Source: a virus (lineage: Duplodnaviria > Caudoviricetes). From it: 54,371 nt of DNA. Below the pieces are notes generated by a model. The model was not told where the DNA came from. It saw only the letters and a list, made by a program, of their open reading frames with translations, and searched no databases. The DNA is taken from positions 1-54,371 of IMG/VR virus record IMGVR_UViG_3300043758_000010, one strand, 5' to 3'. Both the position numbers and the translations under genes were made by a program. This document shows, piece after piece, positions 26,132 through 34,979 of the stretch (positions within the stretch are counted from its first letter, which is position 1; each line of letters starts with the position of its first letter).

Positions 26132-27445
26132 ATGGCATACGCTGAGAAGGTCTACAAAGTCAGGGACGGTCGACAGACCAAGCAGTTCACCTGGCGTTGT
26201 AGGTACCTGCAGCCAGACGGGAAGTGGGGAAGCCGCCCGGGATTCCCCACGAAGAAGCTCGCTGAGGAGTGGGGCGACGCCCAGGAAACCGCGATGCGAG
26301 AGGGGCGCTGGATCGACCCGAACTTGTCGTCCAAGAAGTTCGGAGTCTTCGCCAAGGACACATGGATGAAGGCCCAGGCCGTCCGCGGGCGGACCACGAT
26401 GAACCAGTGGGAGCGGCTCGAGGCTCACATCCTCCCCGAGTGGGAGCACACTCCGCTGATCGCGTTCAACTGGTTCGACGTGGAGGCCTGGGCCAGGAAG
26501 GTCGCCAAGACGGCGGCCCGCAGCACGGTCAAGGACTGCGTCCAGCTCATGGCCCGGATCCTGAATGGTGCGGTGGACGCCAAACACTTGGCGGTCAATC
26601 CACTGGCGGGCCGACGTCTCACGGGTATGCCCGCGGACACGGCGAAGAAGAAGCCGGACGAGGAGCGGTGGGCCACGCCCGAGGTCGTGCTCCAGCTCGC
26701 CCGCCGGCTCGGGCCTGCCTACGGGATGCACGTCCTGACGGCCGCCTTCACGGGCCTGCGCTGGGAGGAGCTCGTCGGTCTTCACCGGCGGAACGCGCTG
26801 CTCACCCGGAAGCAGCGGCATGACGGGAAGGTGTTCTCCTGCCCGATTATCCGGATCGACGAGGACGAAGGCGCTCTGGCCGAGTACTACATCCGCGACG
26901 AGGAAGGGAAGCGGAAGATCTTTCGGGGGCTGGAGCCGCCAAAGAACGGCCCCTCGGCGCGGGATGTAGATCTGCCGCCCTTCCTCGCGCAGTTGCTACG
27001 AGAACACTTGGAGGGTTGGGAGTACGACTTCGTCTTCTGTACGCCGACCGGCAAGTGGTGGTGGCGTTCCGAGTGGTTCCGCATCATCAGGCCGGCAGCG
27101 GACGGACGCGAGGCCAGGCCGAAGGCGCGCGGTACAGCGCTCAAGGAGGGGTGGGAGCCGATCATGCCGGGGCTGACGATGCGCGACCTGCGCCACACCC
27201 ACGACACCTGGCAGGAGCAGATCGACGTGCGGCCGGTGTTGGGGTACGAGCAGATGGGGCATAAGTACCCTGGTATCAAGGGCACGTACCGGCACCCCAC
27301 GCCCACCATGCGGCAGGAGCGCCTCGACGGGCTCCAGGAGCTGTACGAGCGGGCGATGGGAAACCTCGGGTGGGACTCGGTCTGGGAGCGGACCGAATCC
27401 CCTAAATCTCTCCTAAATGATCTTCCTGGAGAGGCTTCCGAGTGA
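26132..27445 (+). CDS. int: Tyrosine integrase
   Basis: N-terminal arm-binding segment (WRCRY...GFPTKKLA); TGLRWEEL, PPKN, RDLRHT, QMGH and GTY catalytic motifs. Confidence 0.93.
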   Translation: MAYAEKVYKVRDGRQTKQFTWRCRYLQPDGKWGSRPGFPTKKLAEEWGDAQETAMREGRWIDPNLSSKKFGVFAKDTWMKAQAVRGRTTMNQWERLEAHILPEWEHTPLIAFNWFDVEAWARKVAKTAARSTVKDCVQLMARILNGAVDAKHLAVNPLAGRRLTGMPADTAKKKPDEERWATPEVVLQLARRLGPAYGMHVLTAAFTGLRWEELVGLHRRNALLTRKQRHDGKVFSCPIIRIDEDEGALAEYYIRDEEGKRKIFRGLEPPKNGPSARDVDLPPFLAQLLREHLEGWEYDFVFCTPTGKWWWRSEWFRIIRPAADGREARPKARGTALKEGWEPIMPGLTMRDLRHTHDTWQEQIDVRPVLGYEQMGHKYPGIKGTYRHPTPTMRQERLDGLQELYERAMGNLGWDSVWERTESPKSLLNDLPGEASE

Positions 27446-27699
27446 TCAGCTGGAGGTTCCCTCGCTGGTCACAGCCTCCTCTGCGATCGTCTCATGGTGA
27501 CGAATTACTTCAGCGATGATGAAGTTGAGGAGTTTCTCAGGGCTGCATGGGCACGTCACCCGCCTGCACGAAAGGCGAGGTATCCGCAGGTCAGATGACC
27601 ACTCCCCTTTTCGAGTTCGAGCCACGGACACTTAGAGCGCACTCTGAGGGCACTCTGGAAGCACTCCCAGTGCACTACCGCGTCCCCTAAATCTCTCCT
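27398..27699. other. Putative intact attP
   Basis: 17-bp direct repeat TCCCCTAAATCTCTCCT at 27398-27414 and 27683-27699 flanks an AT-richer core and five (A/G)CACT repeats at 11-bp spacing (27628-27676). Confidence 0.72.
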
Positions 27700-27916
27700 G
27701 TTTCGACGCAGAGAAGCTGCAGGTGGGAGCCCAAATGAAGCGACCCCCTCCCCTATTGAGAGGAGGGGGCCGCCGTGCGTCGGGGCCGACCACGGGGCCA
27801 ACCACATCGACCTCGCCGACGCGCTCCTGGGCCGATATCGGACCGGGCTATCAAGATCACAAAAAGCCGGATGTATCCTGCAGACAAAACGATCTTGAGC
27901 GATGACTGTCTAGTGG

Positions 27917-28147
27917 GTGCAACCTGCAACGCCCCCCTGGATCGCCGAAGCCCGCATTGCCGTCGGTAACCGCATCCGCGCCGCCCGCATGGACGCCGAC
28001 TTGACGCAGGACAAGCTTGCAGAGCTGGCCGGAGTCCACCGGACAACCCTGCAGGACACCGAGGCCGGCAAAACCGATCCGAAGCTAAGCCTCCTTCTCC
28101 GCCTTGCCCGCGCCCTTCGCCTCTCGGTGAGGGACCTCATGCCATGA
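27917..28147 (+). CDS. Small XRE HTH regulator
   Basis: IRAARMDADLTQDKLAELAGVHRTTLQDTEAG...LARAL. Confidence 0.85.
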   Translation: MQPATPPWIAEARIAVGNRIRAARMDADLTQDKLAELAGVHRTTLQDTEAGKTDPKLSLLLRLARALRLSVRDLMP

Positions 28148-28407
28148 CACAGTGACCGCATACCCAATTTCGGCCACGCGATCGGTTTCCAGTCTGCCTG
28201 TCATATGCAGCGTTCAACAGTGCGTCAGTGGAAATATGCATACATACACTTCGCGCGAGGCGCGAACGCACCACCAATCGCCAGATCCCGCAGGACACTT
28301 GAGCCTTAGCCGGTCGAACAGGTGCGCGAATATTTGTGGCAGCAATCGCATCCGAAGTGTCAGGTTCCCGCCCCTCCCGCTGCCGCCGCTGCGGGAGGGG
28401 CGGGGGT

Positions 28408-28602
28408 CTAGGCCGCGCCGTGCGGCGGGCAGGCGCGAGGGAACCAGCGGACAACCGCGCCGGCGCGGCGCAGGGTCTGCTCGCCCAGGTCGACAGCCGT
28501 CCCGTTGTCGAGAAGGACCCCGCAATGCACGCAGGCGGCCCCGCGGATCTGCTGCTCGGACAGGTCCCCCAGCGGGGGGATGTCCGTGGTGTGCGGCTTC
28601 AT
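28408..28602 (-). CDS. Small putative zinc-binding protein
   Basis: LSEQQIRGAACVHCG...WFPRAC; divergent from XRE gene. Confidence 0.65.
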   Translation of the reverse strand: MKPHTTDIPPLGDLSEQQIRGAACVHCGVLLDNGTAVDLGEQTLRRAGAVVRWFPRACPPHGAA

Positions 28603-28715
28603 GTCCCGTACTCTGCCTTGCCATTTGGGACGCTTCCACCGTCCCAGGAGGGACACCTGGGACACCTTGGCGGTAGCGTCCCGCAATACACCCGGACGGC
28701 CCTCAGGGGGGACTC

Positions 28716-29471
28716 GTGAACGCTGCGCTCAGACAGGCCCTCACAGAGGCGGGCATGACGGCCGCCGAGCTGGCCCGTAGAGTCGACGTGGCCGTGAAGA
28801 CGGTGGAGCGGTGGCTGTCCTCGGAAGGGCGGGCGCCGCATCCCGAGACTCGGATGAGGGTGGCTGAGGTGCTGGGCGTGAGCGCGGATTCGCTGTGGCC
28901 GCAGGCGGTCAGGTCAACCCTGAAGCTGGGATCCGACAGAGAGATCGTCGCCACCTACCCGTTCCGGAACCTGTGCCCGACCAGCGTGTGGGCCGACCTC
29001 CTGAACGGCGCGAGGAAGCGGATCTTCATGGCGGGCTACACCTCCTATTTCCTGTGGCAGGACCACCCACGGATCGCGGAGCGGCTGCGGGCGAAGGCGG
29101 CGGCCGGCTGCGAGATCCGCTTCCTCCTCGGCGACCCGGACTCGGCGATGACACGGGAGCGGGAGGAGCTGGAGCAGGTCCCCCTGACGGTCGGCACCCG
29201 GATCCGGATCACGCTGGATCAGCTGGCCAAGCTGGGCCCGCTGCCCGGTCTCGAGGCGCGGTTCAGTGACTCGCCGGCCCACCTGTCCCAGAGCGTCTTC
29301 CTCTTCGACGACCAGCTGCTGTACACCCCGCACATCGGAGACGGCCTGGGGCACGAGTCGCCCCTGTTCCACCTGCGCCGTCTGGAGGAGCATGGCCTGT
29401 ACTCCCGTTTCGCCGCACACGTGGGCGCACTGTGGGACCGGGGCCGCCCAGTGCCGAGTCTCGCCTCGTAG
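28716..29471 (+). CDS. XRE regulator with C-terminal DUF5919/PLD-like domain
   Basis: HTH N-terminus; IFMAGYT...RFLLGDP...SVFLFDDQLLYTPH...SPLFHL. Confidence 0.85.
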   Translation: MNAALRQALTEAGMTAAELARRVDVAVKTVERWLSSEGRAPHPETRMRVAEVLGVSADSLWPQAVRSTLKLGSDREIVATYPFRNLCPTSVWADLLNGARKRIFMAGYTSYFLWQDHPRIAERLRAKAAAGCEIRFLLGDPDSAMTREREELEQVPLTVGTRIRITLDQLAKLGPLPGLEARFSDSPAHLSQSVFLFDDQLLYTPHIGDGLGHESPLFHLRRLEEHGLYSRFAAHVGALWDRGRPVPSLAS

Positions 29472-29508
29472 GGCCTGACTGTCGGTGCTGCCCGGAAGCC
29501 TGTTCGAC

Positions 29509-29649
29509 ATGGAGATGATCACGGCGGCGGAGCTGAACGACGCAATCCGTGCCGTCGTGCTCGCGGGCCGGGCCGGCTCTGCGGGGTACGAGGAGCTGCT
29601 GGCCCGCTGGGTGGCGGCGATGCGCGCTGAGCAGGAGCTCGCCGCCTAG
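29509..29649 (+). CDS. Small helical protein (46 aa; not in ORF track)
   Basis: MEMITAAELNDAIRAVV...YEELLARWVAA. Confidence 0.6.
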   Translation: MEMITAAELNDAIRAVVLAGRAGSAGYEELLARWVAAMRAEQELAA

Positions 29650-29658
29650 GATCTGCGG

Positions 29659-29892
29659 GTGGCTATCGAACTTACCGACGAACTGATCCGCTTGCAGACC
29701 GCCTCCGACGAGGCCTGGGCTGTCGTCCGCGAGGCCCCGTCCGACGAGGCCTACGCGACATGGCGGGATCGGGCGGCGGAGGTGCAGGCCGCGGTGACGG
29801 CCTACGCGGCTGAGAAGAACGAACCCCGGAACAAGGTCGAGGCCGCGCTGAAGGCCCGCGTGCGCCATCCGCAGCCGCCGGCCGAGGCGTAG
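29659..29892 (+). CDS. Hypothetical helical protein
   Basis: 77 aa, same direction as preceding ORF. Confidence 0.65.
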   Translation: MAIELTDELIRLQTASDEAWAVVREAPSDEAYATWRDRAAEVQAAVTAYAAEKNEPRNKVEAALKARVRHPQPPAEA

Positions 29893-30042
29893 ACGTGGCT
29901 CCGCCCGTCGGTCGCTGTCCCCGAGGGGCCGACGGGCGGACCCGCACTCGCCCAGCAGCATCCCCGCTAGCTAGGAGTGAGTGCCTGATGTGCTCATGCT
30001 CCCAGGTGCCACTGACAACGGCGGCCCGATCCGGAGCTAGAA

Positions 30043-30058
30043 TCGAACTTGTGTCCGA
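30043..30058. promoter_or_regulatory. LexA (SOS) box overlapping a -10 element and start codon
   Basis: TCGAAC-TTGT-GTCCGA versus actinobacterial consensus TCGAAC-N4-GTTCGA; TAGAAT at 30038-30043. Confidence 0.7.
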
Positions 30059-30383
30059 TCTGCCGCCCGACCTGCCCCGCCTCCGCACCCTGGAGACGTG
30101 GCTCGCCATGACCCTGGACCGGGTCCGGCAGCAGATCGCGACCGAGGAGGCCCTGACCGCCGAGCGGGCCGCCAGGCAGGCCCCGCCCCCTCCGCCGGAG
30201 TGGGAGCTTGAGCTGGACCTCGGCCGCCGGCCCGTCCGGGTCCACGTCGGTGGCTGCTCAATGGGTGGTAAGGGGTTCCGGCGGCACGCCCTCACCCGCG
30301 AGGCCGCACTGCGGGCCCTCGCCGAGCACCTGGATGCCTGCCAGTACTGCCGGCCGGACGCGGACCTCGGCGTGCTGGACTGA
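30051..30383 (+). CDS. DUF6233-like protein
   Basis: LPPDLPRLRTLETWL...VHVGGC...ACQYCRPDADLG. Confidence 0.78.
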   Translation: MSDLPPDLPRLRTLETWLAMTLDRVRQQIATEEALTAERAARQAPPPPPEWELELDLGRRPVRVHVGGCSMGGKGFRRHALTREAALRALAEHLDACQYCRPDADLGVLD

Positions 30384-30406
30384 GCGGCTGCCCGCAGGCT
30401 GGAGGT

Positions 30407-30643
30407 ATGGAGCAGGCGCCGATCCTCGTGCACCGCATCTCCCCGTCCGGCGGCCGACGGGTGGTGATCCGGATTCGTGGCATCGACAGCGTCCTCGGCG
30501 TCGCCTACTCCGACGCGGACCTGATCGAGTTCCTGTGCCGCCTCGGCCTCCCAGACCCGGACGACCTGGTCCTCGGCGACTCGGAGGCAATCGCCTGGCA
30601 GGGCGGCCGGCCGCACGTGTACGAGGAGCCCGACGAGCCGTAG
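30407..30643 (+). CDS. Hypothetical protein
   Basis: VHRISPSGGRRV...LGVAYSDADLIEFL; GGAGG RBS. Confidence 0.75.
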   Translation: MEQAPILVHRISPSGGRRVVIRIRGIDSVLGVAYSDADLIEFLCRLGLPDPDDLVLGDSEAIAWQGGRPHVYEEPDEP

Positions 30644-30648
30644 ACGCG

Positions 30649-30684
30649 CGACGACCCTCCCGTGGGGAGCCGGGAGGGTCGTCG
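30649..30684. terminator. Hairpin terminator
   Basis: 14-bp stem CGACGACCCTCCCG/CGGGAGGGTCGTCG. Confidence 0.7.
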
Positions 30685-30769
30685 GCCCGGGATGGTCCGG
30701 TGGATGCACCGTAAACCCGCTGGTCGGACAGCGGTAGGCATATGACAGGGGAGGTTCCGGGAACGCCAA

Positions 30770-30795
30770 GAGCCCCCACCCGAAGGTGGGGGCTC
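30770..30795. terminator. Hairpin terminator
   Basis: 11-bp stem GAGCCCCCACC, CGAA loop. Confidence 0.65.
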
Positions 30796-30944
30796 CTCGA
30801 CGATGGTGGCGGGCCGGGACTTCACGTCCCTCCCGGGCGCACGGGTTCGCGCGACCCGCCCCGCGCAGACGCTGTACCGGCGCCTGGCACGCCTGCCCGT
30901 ATCAGGGGCTCACCAGCCAGTGTGGCACGCGTCGCAGGCGGGCG

Positions 30945-31124
30945 TCACTCCGTCGGCCACTCCCCACTCCAGACCGTGTTGCACTCGCGCCCAGGGTGCT
31001 CGCAGGTGAGTCGCTGACCGCCCACGACCGAGCAGCGTGCGACATCACAGCCTTCGTCGTGTAGCTGACCGGGCAGGACGTCGCAGTCAGGGCAGCGGCT
31101 CTGTTGGGCTTGAGGCAGCTTCAT
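30945..31124 (-). CDS. Small Cys-rich protein (59 aa; not in ORF track)
   Basis: AAGGAG RBS; MKLPQAQQSRCPDCDVLPGQLHDEGCDVARCSVVGGQRLTC... Confidence 0.65.
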   Translation of the reverse strand: MKLPQAQQSRCPDCDVLPGQLHDEGCDVARCSVVGGQRLTCEHPGRECNTVWSGEWPTE

Positions 31125-31161
31125 GGCGGCTCCTTCGGATGTTTCCAGTGTGGCAGGGCGG

Positions 31162-31467
31162 TCAGGCGCGGCGCTGGATCTCCGCGAGGGCCTTGGCCTC
31201 GGCGATCTGCCAGGCCTTCACCTCGGTGTCGATTCCGATGGCGAGGTGAATCTCCTGGTAGAGCCGCGTCTCCACGAGGACAGGCGGCACCTCATCCCAT
31301 GGCGTCGGGCCCACCAGCGCGGTGAGCGCCTTGATCCGGTCGACCACGCTGTCGCACCGCATGGACCACCGGCCGTCAGCCGCCGCCCGGCATGCGCTTT
31401 CCAGGTCGCGCCACAGGAGCGCCAGCTCCGTGCGGGCCGCCTCTTCGAGTTTCCCCTCGTCGATCAC
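31162..31467 (-). CDS. Hypothetical protein
   Basis: 101 aa, GAGG RBS. Confidence 0.65.
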   Translation of the reverse strand: MIDEGKLEEAARTELALLWRDLESACRAAADGRWSMRCDSVVDRIKALTALVGPTPWDEVPPVLVETRLYQEIHLAIGIDTEVKAWQIAEAKALAEIQRRA

Positions 31468-31509
31468 GCCAGGTTCCTCTCATGCTGCTCGGTAGCGCAT
31501 AACGTTCCC

Positions 31510-31707
31510 TTAAGCGGCGGGCCGCTTGGTCTGTCGGTAGCACTCTCGGCAGGTGATTGGAGTGCCGACCTCCAGATGCTCATCTCGGTGTGAGACCACC
31601 TGCCCGCAGGCCGTGAACTCGGCGTCCCCGTCCGGCAGGACGCGTGCCGCGTGGAAGTCGCGCCCTCGGTAGAGCCGGACGCGAATGGGGTGGGTGTTGG
31701 CCGTCAT
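31510..31707 (-). CDS. Small putative zinc-binding protein
   Basis: H...TACG...ITCREC; coupled to the resolvase. Confidence 0.6.
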   Translation of the reverse strand: MTANTHPIRVRLYRGRDFHAARVLPDGDAEFTACGQVVSHRDEHLEVGTPITCRECYRQTKRPAA

Positions 31708-32273
31708 GCTCGCTCCAGGTATCGGTAGATGGTGGTGCGGGCGACCCCCAGCTCGTCGGCGATGGCCTGCACGGTGTGCCTGCGCTTGCCGTCCTCGCCG
31801 AGCTCGTCGTACATCTGCTGGGCGAGCTGGACCTGGCGTGGCTTGAGAACGGCGCGGCGCCCCCCGACGCGTCCGCGGGCGCGGGCGGCGGCGAGACCGT
31901 CGTGGGTCCGTTCGACCATCATTGCGTGCTCGAACTCGGCGATAGCGCCGATGATGGTGAAGAAGAGGACGCCGGCCGGAGTGCTGGTGTTGATGCCCTG
32001 ATCGAGGACGACCAGGTTGACCTTGTTGGTGCGGAGCTGCTCGGAGAGTTCGAGCAGGTTCTTGGTGGAGCGGCCGAGCCGGTCGAGTTTGGTGATGACG
32101 ACCTCGTCGCCCTCGCGGGCGGTCAGCAGCGCCTTGTCGAGCTCGGGCCGCGAGGCGAGCTTGCCCGAGGCCTTGTCGACGAAGATGCGGTCGCAGCCGG
32201 CGGCGGTGAGTGCGTCGTGTTGGGCTTCGGGGTTCTGGTCGCGAGTGGAGACCCGCCCGTATCCGATCCTCAT
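31704..32273 (-). CDS. Small serine recombinase (resolvase/invertase)
   Basis: [20 protein letters not shown]...ERT...GGR, C-terminal [16 protein letters not shown]. Confidence 0.95.
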   Translation of the reverse strand: MRIGYGRVSTRDQNPEAQHDALTAAGCDRIFVDKASGKLASRPELDKALLTAREGDEVVITKLDRLGRSTKNLLELSEQLRTNKVNLVVLDQGINTSTPAGVLFFTIIGAIAEFEHAMMVERTHDGLAAARARGRVGGRRAVLKPRQVQLAQQMYDELGEDGKRRHTVQAIADELGVARTTIYRYLERA

Positions 32274-32279
32274 GCAATG

Positions 32280-32400
32280 AGCGTACCGATAAGGGGGGTT
32301 AACGCGACATAGCTAAGGACACGAGTTCTCGTCATTCTTGTGCTGCATCGGAGCGATAGACGCCGCGATGACGGCAGACGATCGTTTCTCGACACGGGGA
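32280..32400. other. Candidate res site
   Basis: AT-richer region just upstream of the resolvase with imperfect dyads (CGTACCGATAA...TTAACGCGACA; GACGATCGTTTCTCGACA). Confidence 0.45.
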
Positions 32401-32543
32401 TACCGCATCTTATCGAGGGCCGCCCCCCTCAACTCAGCGACGGCTTCAGCGCGGTGGGCAACCCGGAGGTCGCAGTTCCGTAACGCGCCCTCGCGTCGCG
32501 CCCCTCGGCGGTACGGTCGCGATTCAACCACCTGGGGGTCGCC

Positions 32544-33149
32544 ATGCGCCTACGCGCCGTTCCTGTCCTTCTCCTCCTCGCCGCCGCCACTGCGTGCGGC
32601 ACCACCACCGAGCCGGCCGCGTCGCCCAGCTCGCCCAGCGGCTCTGCCCCGTCGACCGCCCCTCTCCCGGCGGCTCCTGCGGCGCTGCCGCTGGGCACGC
32701 CGGCGGAGACAGTGGGGTCCGGCGGGAGAGGACGGCTGCAGATGACCCCGACGACGGTGGTCTACACGCCGGCCGGCACCACCCTGACCAAGCCGTCAGC
32801 GGACGGCTTCGCCTTCGTCACGGTGAAGGTGGCGCCGACGACAGCCGCCGCCGCTGAGCAAGCCGCGCCGATCAGCCGCGGCGGCTGGAGCTGGATCGCC
32901 CCGGACGGGCAGGCGATCGAGCAGGGCAACGGCGAGGCATACAACGTCGTGGCGTCTTCCTTCAACGCCGGCGGCCCGGTGCAGCCCGGCAGTTTCGTTT
33001 GGGACGGTGAGGTCTTCGACCTCAAGACGGCGCAGGCCGGCGGGACGCTGGTCTACGTGGACGGTGCCGGCACGGCGTACCGGTGGGCGATGCCGAAGGC
33101 GGACACGGGCCCGCAGGTGGAGCAGGTGAAGAAGGAACTCGCCCCCTGA
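32544..33149 (+). CDS. Lipoprotein (moron; possible exclusion function)
   Basis: Signal peptide with lipobox ATAC, Ser/Pro linker, beta-rich domain. Confidence 0.8.
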   Translation: MRLRAVPVLLLLAAATACGTTTEPAASPSSPSGSAPSTAPLPAAPAALPLGTPAETVGSGGRGRLQMTPTTVVYTPAGTTLTKPSADGFAFVTVKVAPTTAAAAEQAAPISRGGWSWIAPDGQAIEQGNGEAYNVVASSFNAGGPVQPGSFVWDGEVFDLKTAQAGGTLVYVDGAGTAYRWAMPKADTGPQVEQVKKELAP

Positions 33150-33153
33150 CGCA

Positions 33154-33191
33154 GATCAGCCCCCCACCGCCGAAGCGGTGGGGGGCTGATC
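33154..33191. terminator. Bidirectional terminator ending the late operon
   Basis: 17-bp perfect stem GATCAGCCCCCCACCGC, CGAA loop, between convergent genes. Confidence 0.85.
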
Positions 33192-33489
33192 AGGCCTCTG
33201 GTTCGCGCTGTACCCATTTCGTGATGGTCTCGACCACTGCAGGGTCCAGCTTTGCGATCTCTGCGATCGCGTCGGCGTCCTCAGGTGCAGTCGTGATGCC
33301 GGCGCCGGCCAGCGCCTCGTCGAGCGCGGCCGCGTTGGCTTGCTCCACTAGCGACGGGGCAGCCGGTTCTTCGACGGGGGGCTGGGGCTGCTCCTCCAAG
33401 ACGCCCATGTCCACGAGAGTTTCAGCGTCAGCCAGGAACGACTGGCCCCGCGGGACAGCCGGACGCGGCGGCGGATCCTCGTCCATCAC
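33190..33489 (-). CDS. Acidic hypothetical protein
   Basis: Last gene of the late operon, coupled. Confidence 0.65.
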   Translation of the reverse strand: MMDEDPPPRPAVPRGQSFLADAETLVDMGVLEEQPQPPVEEPAAPSLVEQANAAALDEALAGAGITTAPEDADAIAEIAKLDPAVVETITKWVQREPEA

Positions 33490-33845
33490 ACCCCCGTCTG
33501 GTTGTATTCAGTGATCCGGTCAGGCGGGGCCGGCGGCTCGATGCCGTGCTGCCGCATCTGCGTCGTGAGATCGCCGACGTAGAAGACGAAGGCTCTCACT
33601 AGCGAGCGCAGCGACCGAACTTCCTCACGGGTCTCAGCCAGGTCTTGGCTCTGCTTCTCGCGGATCTCCCGGAAAGCCTGGAGGTCAGCTGCTCTCTGCG
33701 CGGGCTCGCTCTGCACGACGGCGGCCACCTCAGTAGCTCGCGCTGTTGCCGCCGCCGCAGCTTTCGATGACCGGGCGGTGAGAACCACCCCGATGAGTGT
33801 GAGCACAGTTCCGCTGACCGTGGCCACCGCCGACCAGAGATTCAT
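33486..33845 (-). CDS. Membrane-anchored coiled-coil protein (lysis cassette)
   Basis: N-terminal TM plus coiled coil. Confidence 0.7.
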   Translation of the reverse strand: MNLWSAVATVSGTVLTLIGVVLTARSSKAAAAATARATEVAAVVQSEPAQRAADLQAFREIREKQSQDLAETREEVRSLRSLVRAFVFYVGDLTTQMRQHGIEPPAPPDRITEYNQTGV

Positions 33846-34264
33846 CCGCCCTCAGCTCTCCGGCCGCGCGGAGGCTTGGGCACGGAGTGCTCGGGCACCG
33901 TCGCGGCCCACAGGATCACCCCCACGTGGGAGGTGAGGTACCAGATCGCGACCCAGAAGCCGCGCGGGTAGCCGCCGCTTAGGGCGGCGGCGAGGTATGC
34001 GATGGCCCACACGGCCGGCGGTACCAGTGCGGCGCCAAATCCGAAGCGGTCGCGGCCCACCGGGAGGAGGGCGCTTCCGCTGGTGATGACCCCGGCGGCG
34101 ATCCATATCCACGCCCACTGGCACAGGCCGGGGAGTGGGTGGATCGGCGGCGGGGCCGCGTAGAACGAGATTCCCCAGCACGTCTTGCCGACGCCGAGGA
34201 CAAGGAGAAACGCGCCCCGCCGACCCAGCCGCCTGTGCAGACGGCGGGCCCAGCGGCATCTCAT
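33842..34264 (-). CDS. Multi-TM membrane protein (lysis cassette)
   Basis: About 4 hydrophobic segments. Confidence 0.7.
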   Translation of the reverse strand: MRCRWARRLHRRLGRRGAFLLVLGVGKTCWGISFYAAPPPIHPLPGLCQWAWIWIAAGVITSGSALLPVGRDRFGFGAALVPPAVWAIAYLAAALSGGYPRGFWVAIWYLTSHVGVILWAATVPEHSVPKPPRGRRAEGG

Positions 34265-34620
34265 TAGACGCTCCGGACCGGAGCCACTGCTGCGGCCGGC
34301 GCGGGGGCGGTGATCTGCGTCCGGTCCCACATGGCGACGACCGCGGCGGCCGCGGCGAGGACGACGGCCTGCTGCTCGGCGGACCACCCGAGGCCGAATC
34401 CCACGGCCAGCGCGAGGGCCGCCTGAGCGAAGCCCAGGACGGCGGCCCCGATCGCGTCGTGCGCCATCACGGCGAGCACGAGGCCGACGAGGGCAGCGGC
34501 CACGGCGTTGATGACGGCCTGCTGGTCGGCGGAGACGTCGAGGCCGAAGGCGGCGAGGAGCTTGACGGCGATGGCGACGAGGCCCAGCCAGAGGGCGGGC
34601 TCACGGTTAAAGATCTTCAC
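34264..34620 (-). CDS. Holin
   Basis: REPAL...; repeated QQAV TM hairpins; next to the endolysin. Confidence 0.8.
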   Translation of the reverse strand: MKIFNREPALWLGLVAIAVKLLAAFGLDVSADQQAVINAVAAALVGLVLAVMAHDAIGAAVLGFAQAALALAVGFGLGWSAEQQAVVLAAAAAVVAMWDRTQITAPAPAAAVAPVRSV

Positions 34621-34628
34621 GGGTGCTC

Positions 34629-34973
34629 CTAGGCCTTCAGGGTGGTTTCGATCATGTAGCCGACCGGGCAGATGCCGGCGTCCTTCTCATCGACCCTCAG
34701 TCGGCCGACCGAGATCTTCTGGTCGCCGTCCCGGATGGCCAGGGTGACGCGGCCCCCGTTGGAGGTGACCTTCAGCGGGGGTTCGACCCGCCAGGAGCCG
34801 CTGTTCCAGACCGCGATGCGGAGCAGGGCGTCCCCGAAGTCGCTGGCGAAGGAGACGTAGACCTGTCCCCAGCCGATCGCGCCGCCGTTCTGGGGCGGCA
34901 GGGGGATGAGGGTGCCGTTCTCGGGGTGGCCGTCCAGGAATCCGGGCCTGACGTCGCCGATCACGAGAGCCAT
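34629..34973 (-). CDS. Beta-rich protein in frame with the endolysin (possible cell-wall-binding module)
   Basis: ATG is two codons after the endolysin TAG in the same frame; GAGGT RBS. Confidence 0.6.
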   Translation of the reverse strand: MALVIGDVRPGFLDGHPENGTLIPLPPQNGGAIGWGQVYVSFASDFGDALLRIAVWNSGSWRVEPPLKVTSNGGRVTLAIRDGDQKISVGRLRVDEKDAGICPVGYMIETTLKA

Positions 34974-34979
34974 CAGGGC

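Noticed and set aside
27600-27630. GTTCGAG as a tRNA T-loop or tRNA-derived att core
   Set aside because: No T-stem, acceptor stem or CCA context could be built
5177-27699. Repeat clusters as CRISPR arrays
   Set aside because: Units are 4-24 bp without regular unique spacers; no cas genes
29970-30020. Minus-strand TTGTCAGTG promoter-like motif driving a gene
   Set aside because: The following ATG opens only an 8-codon frame; no supportable product
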